The notes: generated from the letters alone by a model not told the origin. A stretch of DNA of 51,477 bases from Candidatus Berkelbacteria bacterium (GCA_026397205.1 JAPLVH010000014.1:1-51477), one strand, 5' to 3'. Counted from the first letter of the stretch, positions 17,450 to 25,590 are shown. Program-made: numbers and translations.

Positions 17450-17495
17450 TATTTTCCCCAACAAAAAAAGCTGCCAATTACGACAGCTGATGAAA

Positions 17496-17822
17496 TTATG
17501 CCAGTGATGAAGGTCCGGACAATTTTGGTTTTCGTCGCAAACACTTCGGTCGTGTCAGCCAAAGAAGCCGGAGGTATATTTTCAATGACCAATGGCAATC
17601 GAGAAGTGCAACATCAATGCCATTAACAATATCCCCGTGATTTGTAATTTCGCATCCGGTTTTTTCAACCAGCTTTATCAATTCATAACGATCGGCGGCT
17701 TGAAGCGTGTGAAAAGACCCAAACACAAAATCGCTGTCAATGAGCCGACCACTTTCTAGGATCCAACCAAATCCGAGCCACCAAGTCCTGCCGTCTTTTT
17801 CGCGGCGTAGTCCGAGCATCAT
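17496..17822 (-). CDS. hypothetical protein, orphan cassette
   Basis: Promoter at 17859..17887, GGAGG 6 nt before the ATG, and a terminator (AGCTGTC..GGCAGCT + T7) downstream. Confidence 0.55.
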   Translation of the reverse strand: MMLGLRREKDGRTWWLGFGWILESGRLIDSDFVFGSFHTLQAADRYELIKLVEKTGCEITNHGDIVNGIDVALLDCHWSLKIYLRLLWLTRPKCLRRKPKLSGPSSLA

Positions 17823-17858
17823 CCGCCTCCGGTTGTTTGATATTAAGCCGATGTTATC

Positions 17859-17887
17859 AACTTATCAAATAAAATAATTCCTGTCAA
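17859..17887 (-). promoter_or_regulatory. sigma70-like promoter TTGACA-17-TAAGTT
   Basis: Read on the reverse complement. Confidence 0.6.
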
Positions 17888-17907
17888 CAAAAACCGCCCA
17901 ATTTCAT

Positions 17908-17936
17908 TTGACAAAATAAAATGATAAATATATACT
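17908..17936 (+). promoter_or_regulatory. sigma70-like promoter TTGACA-17-TATACT
   Basis: Read directly. It is back-to-back with 17859..17887. Confidence 0.65.
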
Positions 17937-17968
17937 AAATTTAGAATCCACCCACAGGAGGCACGGCA

Positions 17969-18349
17969 ATGGACGAACGCAAGGCCATTGATTTGTTTGG
18001 TGGGAAAGATGCCGTAATGGAAAGAATTACAGATAAATTCTGGGAACAGTTGTAGAATTTTTCGCCGAGAGATATCATCCAGCTTCAGGACATTCACAAC
18101 CCGCCTTTCAATTTGAGAACCTTCGATCCGAGAACAACAAAACTCGATTTTAAGACAGCAAACGGAATGTCCGGTTCGCTCGGATTCAATATTAATGATT
18201 TGATGGGCGAAGCTTTCTTCCCTAATGGTGAAGTCACAGATTATTGGCAAAATGAAATGAAAGAAAAGCCAATGATTTCAACTGGTCCAGAAGTAGATCT
18301 CAAAATGTATGTCTGGTTACGTGCTATTCAAGAACTTCAAACTTCTTAA
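17969..18349 (+). pseudogene. orphan gene interrupted by a single in-frame TAG (18053..18055); nonsense pseudogene or readthrough candidate
   Basis: The ATG at 17969 follows CAGGAGGCACGGCA. The frame runs 127 codons to a TAA at 18347..18349 and includes the listed 18113..18349 ORF. No SD precedes any internal start. Terminator at 18354..18379. Confidence 0.6.
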
Positions 18350-18353
18350 CCCA

Positions 18354-18379
18354 CCGACAGCAATTCTGTCGGTTTTTTT
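18354..18379 (+). terminator. intrinsic terminator CCGACAG-CAATT-CTGTCGG + T7
   Basis: Perfect 7-bp stem plus T7. Confidence 0.8.
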
Positions 18380-18526
18380 ATGCCAAAAACCGCCCAATTT
18401 CTTGAACGGTTTTCCAAAATAGTTCTCACTTCGTTCGAACAATAACTTCTGACTTTGCTTACGGCTTACGAGCTTATTGGCTCCGACGTTTCAGTCGGAG
18501 TCCCGACATTCAAAAATAGTCGGGAC

Positions 18527-20662
18527 TTACATATCTTTCATTGATAGTGCGACGCGGCCTTTTTCCCGATCGACATCAACAACTTTGGCTTTGACAACAT
18601 CGCCGGGCTTAATGTATTTAGAAATATCTTCGACTCTTTCGCGAGCGATTTGCGAAATATGAATCATTCCGTCCTGCCGCGGCGTAATTTCGACAATCGC
18701 CCCGATCTGTTTGCCGGTCATCCGATCACATTTGATTTCCAAAACCCGGCCTTCAATAATTTCGCCGATTTCAATTTCCCGCGTCATGCTTTTGACAATA
18801 TCAATCGCCTTGGCACTCATCTCCGGGTCGGTCGAGGCAATCATCACCGTGCCGTCGTCTTCGATATCAATCGAAGTCACCTCTTTGCCGCCACACTCCT
18901 CAATAATTTTTCGAATATTTTTGCCGCCCGGGCCGATAATTTCGCCGATTTTCTCCGGATTAACTTTCAATGCCGTAATTCGCGGCGCATATTTTGACAT
19001 CTCGGCTCTGGGCTCGGCGATGACTTCTTTGATCGCCGCCAGAATATCAAGTCGCGCGGTCTTTGCCTGCTTGAAAGTTTGTTTGATGATAGCGTCAGAG
19101 AGTCCGGCAATTTTTGTATCCATTTGGATGGCGGTAATTCCTTCGGCCGTGCCGGTGATTTTGAAATCCATGTCGCCGGCAAAATCTTCTAAACCTTGCA
19201 AATCAGTCAGAACTTTAAATTCATCTTCAGTTTCGCCGGTGACGAGTCCCATAGCGATTCCGGCAACCGGTTTTTTGATCGGCACGCCGGCGTCCATCAA
19301 GGCCAAAGTCGCGCCGCAAGTCGCCGCCATTGACGATGAACCGTTCGAGGCCAAAATTTCCGTCACCAGCCGAATTGTGTAAGGAAATTCCTCGGTTGTC
19401 GGAATCATCTGACGAAGTGCTTTTTCCGCCAAATAGCCGTGACCGATTTCTCGCCGACTGGCGCCGCGAACCGGTGAAACCTCGCCGGTCGAAAACGGCG
19501 GAAAATTGTAGTGATGCATAAAACGCTTGGTTGTTTCCGATTCCATTGTGTCGATAAATTGTTCCATTCCCGGGGACGCCAAAGTTGCGACAGTTAAAGC
19601 TTGAGTTTGACCGCGAGTGAAAAGCGCCGAGCCGTGAGTTCGAGGCAAAACGCCGACTTCAATATCAATGCCGCGAATTTCTTCAATTGCTCGACCATCT
19701 GGCCTAAGATCCTCTTTCAAAATCGCTTGGCGAATTTCCTTTTCAACCAACTTCGTAAAGGCGCCACGAAGTTCAACCTGTTTGTAATTGCCTTCGAGCG
19801 TTTTCAAAACCTCATCTTCAAAATCTTTTAGTTGCTCATCGCGTTTTTCTTTGTCAAGTTCTCGAACGACGGCTTTCAAGCGATCTCCGACAATTTTCGA
19901 AACTTCGCCGTGGATTGTGTGATCGGGCAAAACCTCGACATCGGTTTCCTTTTTTGATTTTTTTGTGTCAGCCGCGATTTTAATTTGAATTTCCAGCGAC
20001 TCTTGAATTGATTTTTTCGCCAGTTCAATCGCCTCGGCAATTTTCTCCTCCGGAATCTCTCGGGCTTCGGCTTCAATCATCATCACTTTATCTTTGACCG
20101 CAGCAACGGTTAAATCCAAAGTTGATTTTTCCATCTCGGAAATTGTCGGATTGACGACAAATTTTTCGTCAATAATTCCGATTTTTGCCGCCGAAATCGG
20201 GCACTTAAACGGCGCCTTGGTTTGCATCAAAGCGGCAGAGGCCGCAATCATCGAAATAATGTCCGGATCGTTTTCGCCGTCGTAGGACAAAACAGTGATA
20301 ATTACTTGAACATCGTTGCGAAAATTTTTCGGAAACAGCGGCCGAATTGGCCGATCAATCATTCGGCAAGCCAAAACCGCCGCATCGGATGGCCGACCTT
20401 CCCGTTTGATAAACCGAGAACCGGAAATTTTGCCGGCGGCATAAAGCCGTTCTTCGTAATCAACCAAAAGCGGAAAGAAATCAATCCCTTCGCGCGGTTC
20501 ATCGGCGACAACCGCTGTCGCCAAAACCACCGTCCCACCGCAAGTCGCTTTGATCGAACCTTCAGCCAAAAGCGCCAACTTGCCGGTTTCCAAAATCAAA
20601 TCCCGATCGCCAAAGGCGACCTTGTAGCTCGATTCTTTGAGCCCAAGTTTCTTAACTGCCAT
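18527..20662 (-). CDS. pnp: polyribonucleotide nucleotidyltransferase (PNPase)
   Basis: 711 aa with two RNase PH domains, KH (GPGGKNIRKI) and S1 (G..VEITPRQDGMIHISQ). Confidence 0.95.
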   Translation of the reverse strand: MAVKKLGLKESSYKVAFGDRDLILETGKLALLAEGSIKATCGGTVVLATAVVADEPREGIDFFPLLVDYEERLYAAGKISGSRFIKREGRPSDAAVLACRMIDRPIRPLFPKNFRNDVQVIITVLSYDGENDPDIISMIAASAALMQTKAPFKCPISAAKIGIIDEKFVVNPTISEMEKSTLDLTVAAVKDKVMMIEAEAREIPEEKIAEAIELAKKSIQESLEIQIKIAADTKKSKKETDVEVLPDHTIHGEVSKIVGDRLKAVVRELDKEKRDEQLKDFEDEVLKTLEGNYKQVELRGAFTKLVEKEIRQAILKEDLRPDGRAIEEIRGIDIEVGVLPRTHGSALFTRGQTQALTVATLASPGMEQFIDTMESETTKRFMHHYNFPPFSTGEVSPVRGASRREIGHGYLAEKALRQMIPTTEEFPYTIRLVTEILASNGSSSMAATCGATLALMDAGVPIKKPVAGIAMGLVTGETEDEFKVLTDLQGLEDFAGDMDFKITGTAEGITAIQMDTKIAGLSDAIIKQTFKQAKTARLDILAAIKEVIAEPRAEMSKYAPRITALKVNPEKIGEIIGPGGKNIRKIIEECGGKEVTSIDIEDDGTVMIASTDPEMSAKAIDIVKSMTREIEIGEIIEGRVLEIKCDRMTGKQIGAIVEITPRQDGMIHISQIARERVEDISKYIKPGDVVKAKVVDVDREKGRVALSMKDM

Positions 20663-20684
20663 AAAAATCCCTTCTGGAGAGTTC

Positions 20685-20744
20685 GAGAGATGAGAACATA
20701 GTTTGCAAAGCCGGGCTTTAAAAACTATTTTCTCACCTATTCTC
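20685..20744 (-). promoter_or_regulatory. long imperfect stem-loop in the rpsO-pnp spacer (candidate pnp leader structure)
   Basis: On the minus strand, GAGAATAGGTGAGAAAATAGTTT pairs with AAACTATGTTCTCATCTCTC around an apical AAAGCCCGGCTTT hairpin. Confidence 0.35.
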
Positions 20745-20811
20745 TTACTTTCCTCTTGCCTAAGACACTTAAATTACTTAAGCAACCTAAGTGACTTAGG
20801 AGTTATTAAAT

Positions 20812-21228
20812 TTATTTTCTTAACTTAAGGTCAACAATCAACTCGCCATATTTGGTTTCGTCGCCTTTTTTCAAATAATTCAAAAGTCGGCGGCGCTTGC
20901 CAACCATTTTTAAAAGTCCAACGCGAGAATCAAAATCGTGGCGATGTTCTTTCAAATGCTTGGTTAATTCGGCAATTTTCTTCGACAAAACAACGATTTG
21001 AACTTCGGCCGAACCGGTGTCACTTTCGTGTGTTTGATATTTCCCCAAAAGATCCCCAGCTTTTGCTGGTTTAACTTTGGCTGGTTTGATGTTGTCGGAT
21101 TTTATCTTATCCACTTTGACTTTTGCCGGTTTGATTTCTTCCGGTTTGTTTTTTGGTTCGACGATTTTTTCCGGCTTTACGCTTACCGGCTTACGGCTTA
21201 CAGCTTTTTTGATTTCTTTTTCTGCCAT
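20812..21228 (-). CDS. rpsO: 30S ribosomal protein S15 with a ~49-aa Lys/Pro-rich N-terminal extension
   Basis: The C-terminal ~89 aa are S15-like ([31 protein letters not shown]..). The N-terminus contains the repeat-derived [12 protein letters not shown]. Confidence 0.9.
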   Translation of the reverse strand: MAEKEIKKAVSRKPVSVKPEKIVEPKNKPEEIKPAKVKVDKIKSDNIKPAKVKPAKAGDLLGKYQTHESDTGSAEVQIVVLSKKIAELTKHLKEHRHDFDSRVGLLKMVGKRRRLLNYLKKGDETKYGELIVDLKLRK

Positions 21229-21331
21229 TTTTATTTCCTTTTGACTTTCAACTATTTAACTATTGACTGCCGACTTTTTTCTATCGACTCTTTTGATTGT
21301 AGCAAACTATTTTTAAAAAAACAAGCCCCCG

Positions 21332-21787
21332 TTATTTGGGAGCTCTAAGATCGGGATCGATAATAAAAATGTTGTGGTCAAAACCAATTGCTTCCAGAGT
21401 TTCCGTGGTATATTTTCCCCAGAATTTGTCCCACTGATCAAAATTTACATCATGATTCTCCATCGACCTAAGGCAATATTGTGCCCTTTCTTCATTGAGA
21501 AAAAGCCCAACAATCGGCGAAGTTTTGCCTCCGTGAAAATTGGTGCTACACATCCCAGCCGGGGCAATTCTGAAACCAGAAATAATGTCAGGAAAATAGC
21601 GAATCAATCCGTAATTGGTTATCCCAATTTTTGTTCCGCGATTGAGACGCATTCCAACCGGAATTTCTTCGTTAAAAAGACCAGCAATTTTTTCCACAAT
21701 CGGTTCATTCGGATCATCAGAATTTTCAGTAGCGCGATAAAGCGACTTTCCGGTTGTGACAGCAAAAAACTCGATCTTGCCAGCCAT
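21332..21787 (-). CDS. hypothetical protein, orphan cassette (start MAGKIEFF)
   Basis: GAGGAGG lies 8 nt before the ATG at 21787. Shares promoter/leader module P1. The terminator AGCTCCC..GGGGGCT + T7 overlaps the stop. Confidence 0.6.
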   Translation of the reverse strand: MAGKIEFFAVTTGKSLYRATENSDDPNEPIVEKIAGLFNEEIPVGMRLNRGTKIGITNYGLIRYFPDIISGFRIAPAGMCSTNFHGGKTSPIVGLFLNEERAQYCLRSMENHDVNFDQWDKFWGKYTTETLEAIGFDHNIFIIDPDLRAPK

Positions 21788-21860
21788 TTCGTCAACCTCC
21801 TCGGCGGATTGGTGCGACACATACTATATAGTATATAACAAATTCTGGTTTGAAATGCAA
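21788..21860 (-). promoter_or_regulatory. promoter/leader module P1 (TTGCAT-17-TATATA ... GTCGCACCAATCCGCCGAGGAGGTTGA)
   Basis: Near-identical blocks are shared with 22624..22689. Confidence 0.6.
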
Positions 21861-21903
21861 GCGTTATAAAAAAACCGGCACAAAACGCGCCGGCGGGATG
21901 ATA

Positions 21904-22623
21904 TTATTTTCTTAAAGTTCTTAGCGCGAAACTCATATCTGCACCTTTTCGACAAAGAATTTCAGACGCCTGTTTGACGTCATCGTTATCAAGGTCGATG
22001 AAATAACTAAGCGCTGATTTTCCAAATCTGTCTGCTTGGTCAATTCTAGCACCGTTTTCCAAAAGTAAATCAAGGATTTCTGGATTTCCGGTTCGAATTG
22101 CATGTTGCGTCGCGAAGAAAATTGGTTGGTGATCGGGACCAATTCTGGCACCTTTAGCAATTAACAGTTTTGTGATTTCAATATGGCCGAAAGCAATGGC
22201 CAAATGCAAAGCATCGTTTATGGCCAATGAATCGTATGAAAATTGTAGTAGAAAATCAACAACTTCCAAATGTCCATTTCGCGACGATTTTTGTAGTGGC
22301 GTCTCGCCAATACCGTCGCAAATATTAGGGCTGACATTTCTGAAAATGTGCCATTTTACTCTTCCCAAGTTTCCTTCACTGGCGGCGATGTGAATTTTGT
22401 GCGTTTTCTTTGCCATCAATTTATCAACGCTTTTGTACTCTGGAAATTCTGCGTCCAAATATGTCATTGACGCGCCCGGCATTGGATAAGTTGTCCCGGC
22501 TTCGAGCTTCACCATTTTTGTATTGTGGAGAATATTTGCTCGCCTCGATGATTCATCTGGACCAAATTGCCAATCATAAAACGAAAAAGCTTTCGGCATC
22601 GGTGCCACTGCTCCATCCGACAT
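21904..22623 (-). CDS. ankyrin-repeat protein
   Basis: Repeats of the G.TPL..A...GH.E.V..LL type (GETPLQKSSRNGHLEVVDFLL, ALHLAIAFGHIEITKLLI, NPEILDLLLENGARID). Confidence 0.75.
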   Translation of the reverse strand: MSDGAVAPMPKAFSFYDWQFGPDESSRRANILHNTKMVKLEAGTTYPMPGASMTYLDAEFPEYKSVDKLMAKKTHKIHIAASEGNLGRVKWHIFRNVSPNICDGIGETPLQKSSRNGHLEVVDFLLQFSYDSLAINDALHLAIAFGHIEITKLLIAKGARIGPDHQPIFFATQHAIRTGNPEILDLLLENGARIDQADRFGKSALSYFIDLDNDDVKQASEILCRKGADMSFALRTLRK

Positions 22624-22689
22624 GATTCAACCTCCTCGGCGGATTGATGCGACTAAATAATATATATCAATTTCTGTTTTGAAATGCAA
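22624..22689 (-). promoter_or_regulatory. promoter/leader module P2 (TTGCAT-17-TATATA ... GTCGCATCAATCCGCCGAGGAGGTTGA)
   Basis: Paralogous to module P1. Confidence 0.6.
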
Positions 22690-22696
22690 TTTTTGT

Positions 22697-22725
22697 TTGA
22701 CTTTTGGATTTCAAGCTGATACGAT
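22697..22725 (+). promoter_or_regulatory. sigma70-like promoter TTGACT-17-TACGAT
   Basis: Read directly. It is back-to-back with module P2. Confidence 0.55.
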
Positions 22726-22758
22726 TTCTTCGAAATCCCAACCTCGGAGGTGGAGACG

Positions 22759-23085
22759 ATGTATGAACATTCGATTGCCGAAATCCGCCGTCAGATTTTC
22801 GAAATAAAGCCGGACGCAATTCCTGTCGATCATTCTGAAGAATTAAATCGAGGCGGAAATCTCGATTTATTCAAAATGTTTTCTTATTTACTTTTCATGT
22901 GTAATCGACTGGAAACCATGATCGCTCCTGACCAAGCCAGCCGCTGGATTGGCTGGATTTACAGCAAAATGGAAACTTATTTCCCGTCAAAGTGGAAGCT
23001 AGAAAACATTCGTGACTACGCCAGAGCCGACGCACCAGAAGTTAAACAACAAACAATTCATTGGGTTCAGTCCCAAACTTCCTAA
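22759..23085 (+). CDS. hypothetical helical protein, orphan cassette
   Basis: GGAGG lies 8 nt before the ATG. Terminator CCGCAACC..GGTTAGCGG + T7. ASRWIGWIYSKM...ENIRDYAR weakly recalls phage dATP/dGTP pyrophosphohydrolase-like (DUF550) helices, from memory only. Confidence 0.55.
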   Translation: MYEHSIAEIRRQIFEIKPDAIPVDHSEELNRGGNLDLFKMFSYLLFMCNRLETMIAPDQASRWIGWIYSKMETYFPSKWKLENIRDYARADAPEVKQQTIHWVQSQTS

Positions 23086-23119
23086 CTTCCCCACCGCAAC
23101 CATTTGGTTAGCGGTTTTT

Positions 23120-24268
23120 TTATTGTGGCTGAATTGAGTTTTGGTAATCGCGGATTTTCGAGATGATTTTTTCCGAAGTTAGCGAGGCGTCTGTTCGATC
23201 AACCTCAAATCCGGCCGCCATCGCATGGCCGCCACCGGCAAAAAGTTTGGCGACTGCCGAAACATCAATTCCTTTTGCAACCGATCGCAGAGAACCGTGA
23301 AGAGTGCCGTTTTTTTGCGAGATAAGTAAAACAAAATCAACGCCGGAAGCGGTTTTCAAAAGTTCGTCAATAACACCATCGGCATCGTCGGCATTGGCAT
23401 GCGCAGCGAGAAAATCATTGCGGCGAATTTCCGACCAAATAAAGCGATAACCACGTTCGTCGTGGATATTCGAGAGAACTTTGCCCCAAAGTCGCAAAGT
23501 CGAAAGCGAGCGGGTTTTGTAAATTCGCTGAATAATTTCCTGCTGATCGCCCTTGGCGGCGACAAGTTGAGCGGCGACAGTCAGCGATTTCGGCGTCGTG
23601 TTGGCGTTTTGAAAGGAGTTGGTGTCGGTGATAATGCCGGTCAGTAGCGCCGTGGCAATTTCTTCGGTTAAAAGTGAAGTATCTTTTGACAATGTCTCGA
23701 AAATCGAAACCAGAATTTCGCAAGTTGAGGTCGCCGTTAAATCAACAAAATTGATTTTGCCGAAGTGATCATTACCGGCGTGATGATCAATGTTCACAAC
23801 CGGCGTTTCGTAAAAAAGATCGGAATTTTCGGAATAGATCGGGCCAAGCCGTTCCAAATCCGGGCAATCGAGGACGATGATAAGATCTGATTTGAATTTG
23901 CCGGCCGGGAAAGTGACGGCATCGGATGTGAACTCGCCGGACTTTGGTGTGACGATAAAATTGATTTTGCCGTCTTCAATTTTGTAGAGAAATTTTTCAG
24001 CCGCGGTTTTTGAAACATCAAGCGAAATTACAAAATCACGGTGGCCGGAAAGTTCATTTTTGACTTCTGATGTCGGCAAAAAGGAAAAAACATTTGAGAT
24101 CGGATCGGCGCAAACGGCATTAACATTTTTTCCGAGCTTTTTCAGTGCCAGTGCAAAGGCGACGATCGAGCCGACGGCATCGCCATCGGGATCTTTGTGC
24201 GTCAACAATAAAATATTCCCCACCCCCCGAATCGCTTCAGCAATTTGTTGTTTCGGCGAAAGCTCCAT
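23120..24268 (-). CDS. nrnA: DHH/DHHA1 phosphoesterase (NrnA-like)
   Basis: HKDPDGDAVGS, NIDHHAGNDHFG and a C-terminal GGGHAMAAG. Confidence 0.85.
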   Translation of the reverse strand: MELSPKQQIAEAIRGVGNILLLTHKDPDGDAVGSIVAFALALKKLGKNVNAVCADPISNVFSFLPTSEVKNELSGHRDFVISLDVSKTAAEKFLYKIEDGKINFIVTPKSGEFTSDAVTFPAGKFKSDLIIVLDCPDLERLGPIYSENSDLFYETPVVNIDHHAGNDHFGKINFVDLTATSTCEILVSIFETLSKDTSLLTEEIATALLTGIITDTNSFQNANTTPKSLTVAAQLVAAKGDQQEIIQRIYKTRSLSTLRLWGKVLSNIHDERGYRFIWSEIRRNDFLAAHANADDADGVIDELLKTASGVDFVLLISQKNGTLHGSLRSVAKGIDVSAVAKLFAGGGHAMAAGFEVDRTDASLTSEKIISKIRDYQNSIQPQ

Positions 24269-24274
24269 GTAAAA

Positions 24275-24415
24275 ATCAATTACAAATTTCTAATTACAAA
24301 TTCCAAATGAAATGTCCAATACTTAAATTTTAAATGTCCAATTTTTTGTCATTTGGATTTTGACATTTCCCCCTAGTTTCATTTGACATCTGAAATTTGG
24401 AATTTGACATTAACA
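24275..24415. repeat. spacer filled with short repeated words (AAATGTCCAAT x2, TTTGACAT x3, ATTACAAAT x2) in direct and inverted orientation
   Basis: Read directly. Spacing is irregular. Confidence 0.7.
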
Positions 24416-24525
24416 TCTCATCTTATCTTAACCGCCCCCAAAAGTCAACGAAATTTTAACGGCAACCTGGTTTTCGCTTTACTGGACAATTAAAAAAGGC
24501 CAGGAAAACCCTGACCATGGAAATC

Positions 24526-25056
24526 TTAGTTCGGTTCAGAAAACCACTTTTCGAGCCAGCGGCTAAGCAATGAGAACTCGTCTTCCATTATTCTATAACT
24601 TGCGCCACCATCAATCCAATCCTCATAAACGATCGCTTCACATTCTTCGACCGACAATGATGTGTTCCATTGCTCAATTCGAATTTGTGGTACTGCACCA
24701 GGCCAAAGCGTTTCAACTTTGTAAAGCCCGTGATATTTATTTTCCGGCAATCTCCGCAAAAACCCCAACCCGTTATTGGCTGACTCGATTGAACCAGGCA
24801 AAACCAACACCAACCCCGGTAAAATGCCGCAAAGTCGGGCGATCGATTCCCTGTCGGTGTCTTTATCTTGCCAGTTGGCATTGACACCCACAAGTAGATT
24901 ATTGCCGATGCTCTTCTTCAAGTCGTCCAGATTAAGTTCGAAATGGCTACCGACAATTCTTGTAGCTTCAACCAAAGGTGGAACATTGGGACGCCATTTG
25001 TTACGAAATTCTTCCAACATCTCGTCCAAATCTGTGACGACTGGTATGGTGTTCAT
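24526..25056 (-). CDS. hypothetical protein, orphan cassette
   Basis: Promoter at 25087..25115, CAGGAGG before the ATG, and terminator GGTCAGG-GTTTT-CCTGGCC + T6. Confidence 0.6.
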   Translation of the reverse strand: MNTIPVVTDLDEMLEEFRNKWRPNVPPLVEATRIVGSHFELNLDDLKKSIGNNLLVGVNANWQDKDTDRESIARLCGILPGLVLVLPGSIESANNGLGFLRRLPENKYHGLYKVETLWPGAVPQIRIEQWNTSLSVEECEAIVYEDWIDGGASYRIMEDEFSLLSRWLEKWFSEPN

Positions 25057-25086
25057 CTCTCGAACCTCCTGTCGCAGATTAATTAG

Positions 25087-25115
25087 ATATTAGCAGAATC
25101 AGTTTCCAAAGTCAA
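25087..25115 (-). promoter_or_regulatory. sigma70-like promoter TTGACT-17-TAATAT
   Basis: Read on the reverse complement. Confidence 0.6.
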
Positions 25116-25118
25116 CTC

Positions 25119-25147
25119 TTTACAAAACAAAATCATCGTGCTACACT
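25119..25147 (+). promoter_or_regulatory. rpsT promoter candidate TTTACA-17-TACACT
   Basis: Read directly. Confidence 0.5.
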
Positions 25148-25213
25148 ACAAAAGTAGAAATGAAATGTATTATTCGTAATTTCGTGACTTATTCGTAATT
25201 AGTAAGGAGCGCG

Positions 25214-25546
25214 ATGCCACTTACATCGTCTGCAAAAAAAGCCCTGCGAGTTGACCGCGCCAAAAAAGAAATCAACGACCTAACTCGCAACAAAATTAAA
25301 TCCGCTCTCAAAGCGGCTCGTTTGGCAATTGTTTCCGGTGACACCGACGCGACAAAAAAAATTGATCTCGCCTACCGCGAGTTGGATTTGGCAGCAAAAA
25401 AAAATGTCATTCACAAAAATAAAGCCTCGCGACTAAAATCTCGATTGACAAAAAAGTTGGCTAAAGTTGCGGAAATGCCGGCAGTAAAAGTCGCAAAATC
25501 TTCAACCAAAAAATCTCCGGCGAAAAAAACCAGCCGCAAGATGTAA
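25214..25546 (+). CDS. rpsT: 30S ribosomal protein S20
   Basis: SAKKALRVDRAKKEIN..RNKIKSALK, the typical S20 N-terminus. AAGGAG Shine-Dalgarno. Confidence 0.9.
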   Translation: MPLTSSAKKALRVDRAKKEINDLTRNKIKSALKAARLAIVSGDTDATKKIDLAYRELDLAAKKNVIHKNKASRLKSRLTKKLAKVAEMPAVKVAKSSTKKSPAKKTSRKM

Positions 25547-25590
25547 GTTGGTAAGTCATAAATAAAAATGCCAGGAATCCTGGTATTTTT

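Noticed and set aside
17843-18250. 135-aa minus-strand ORF overlapping the TAG-interrupted gene.
   Set aside because: It would start inside the plus-strand coding region without an SD. It would also run through both divergent promoters.
24275-24415. Possible CRISPR-like array upstream of nrnA (repeated AAATGTCCAAT / TTTGACAT words).
   Set aside because: The repeats are only 8-11 nt long, occur in both orientations and are irregularly spaced. There are no cas genes. The region fits the dispersed low-complexity repeat families seen in other spacers.
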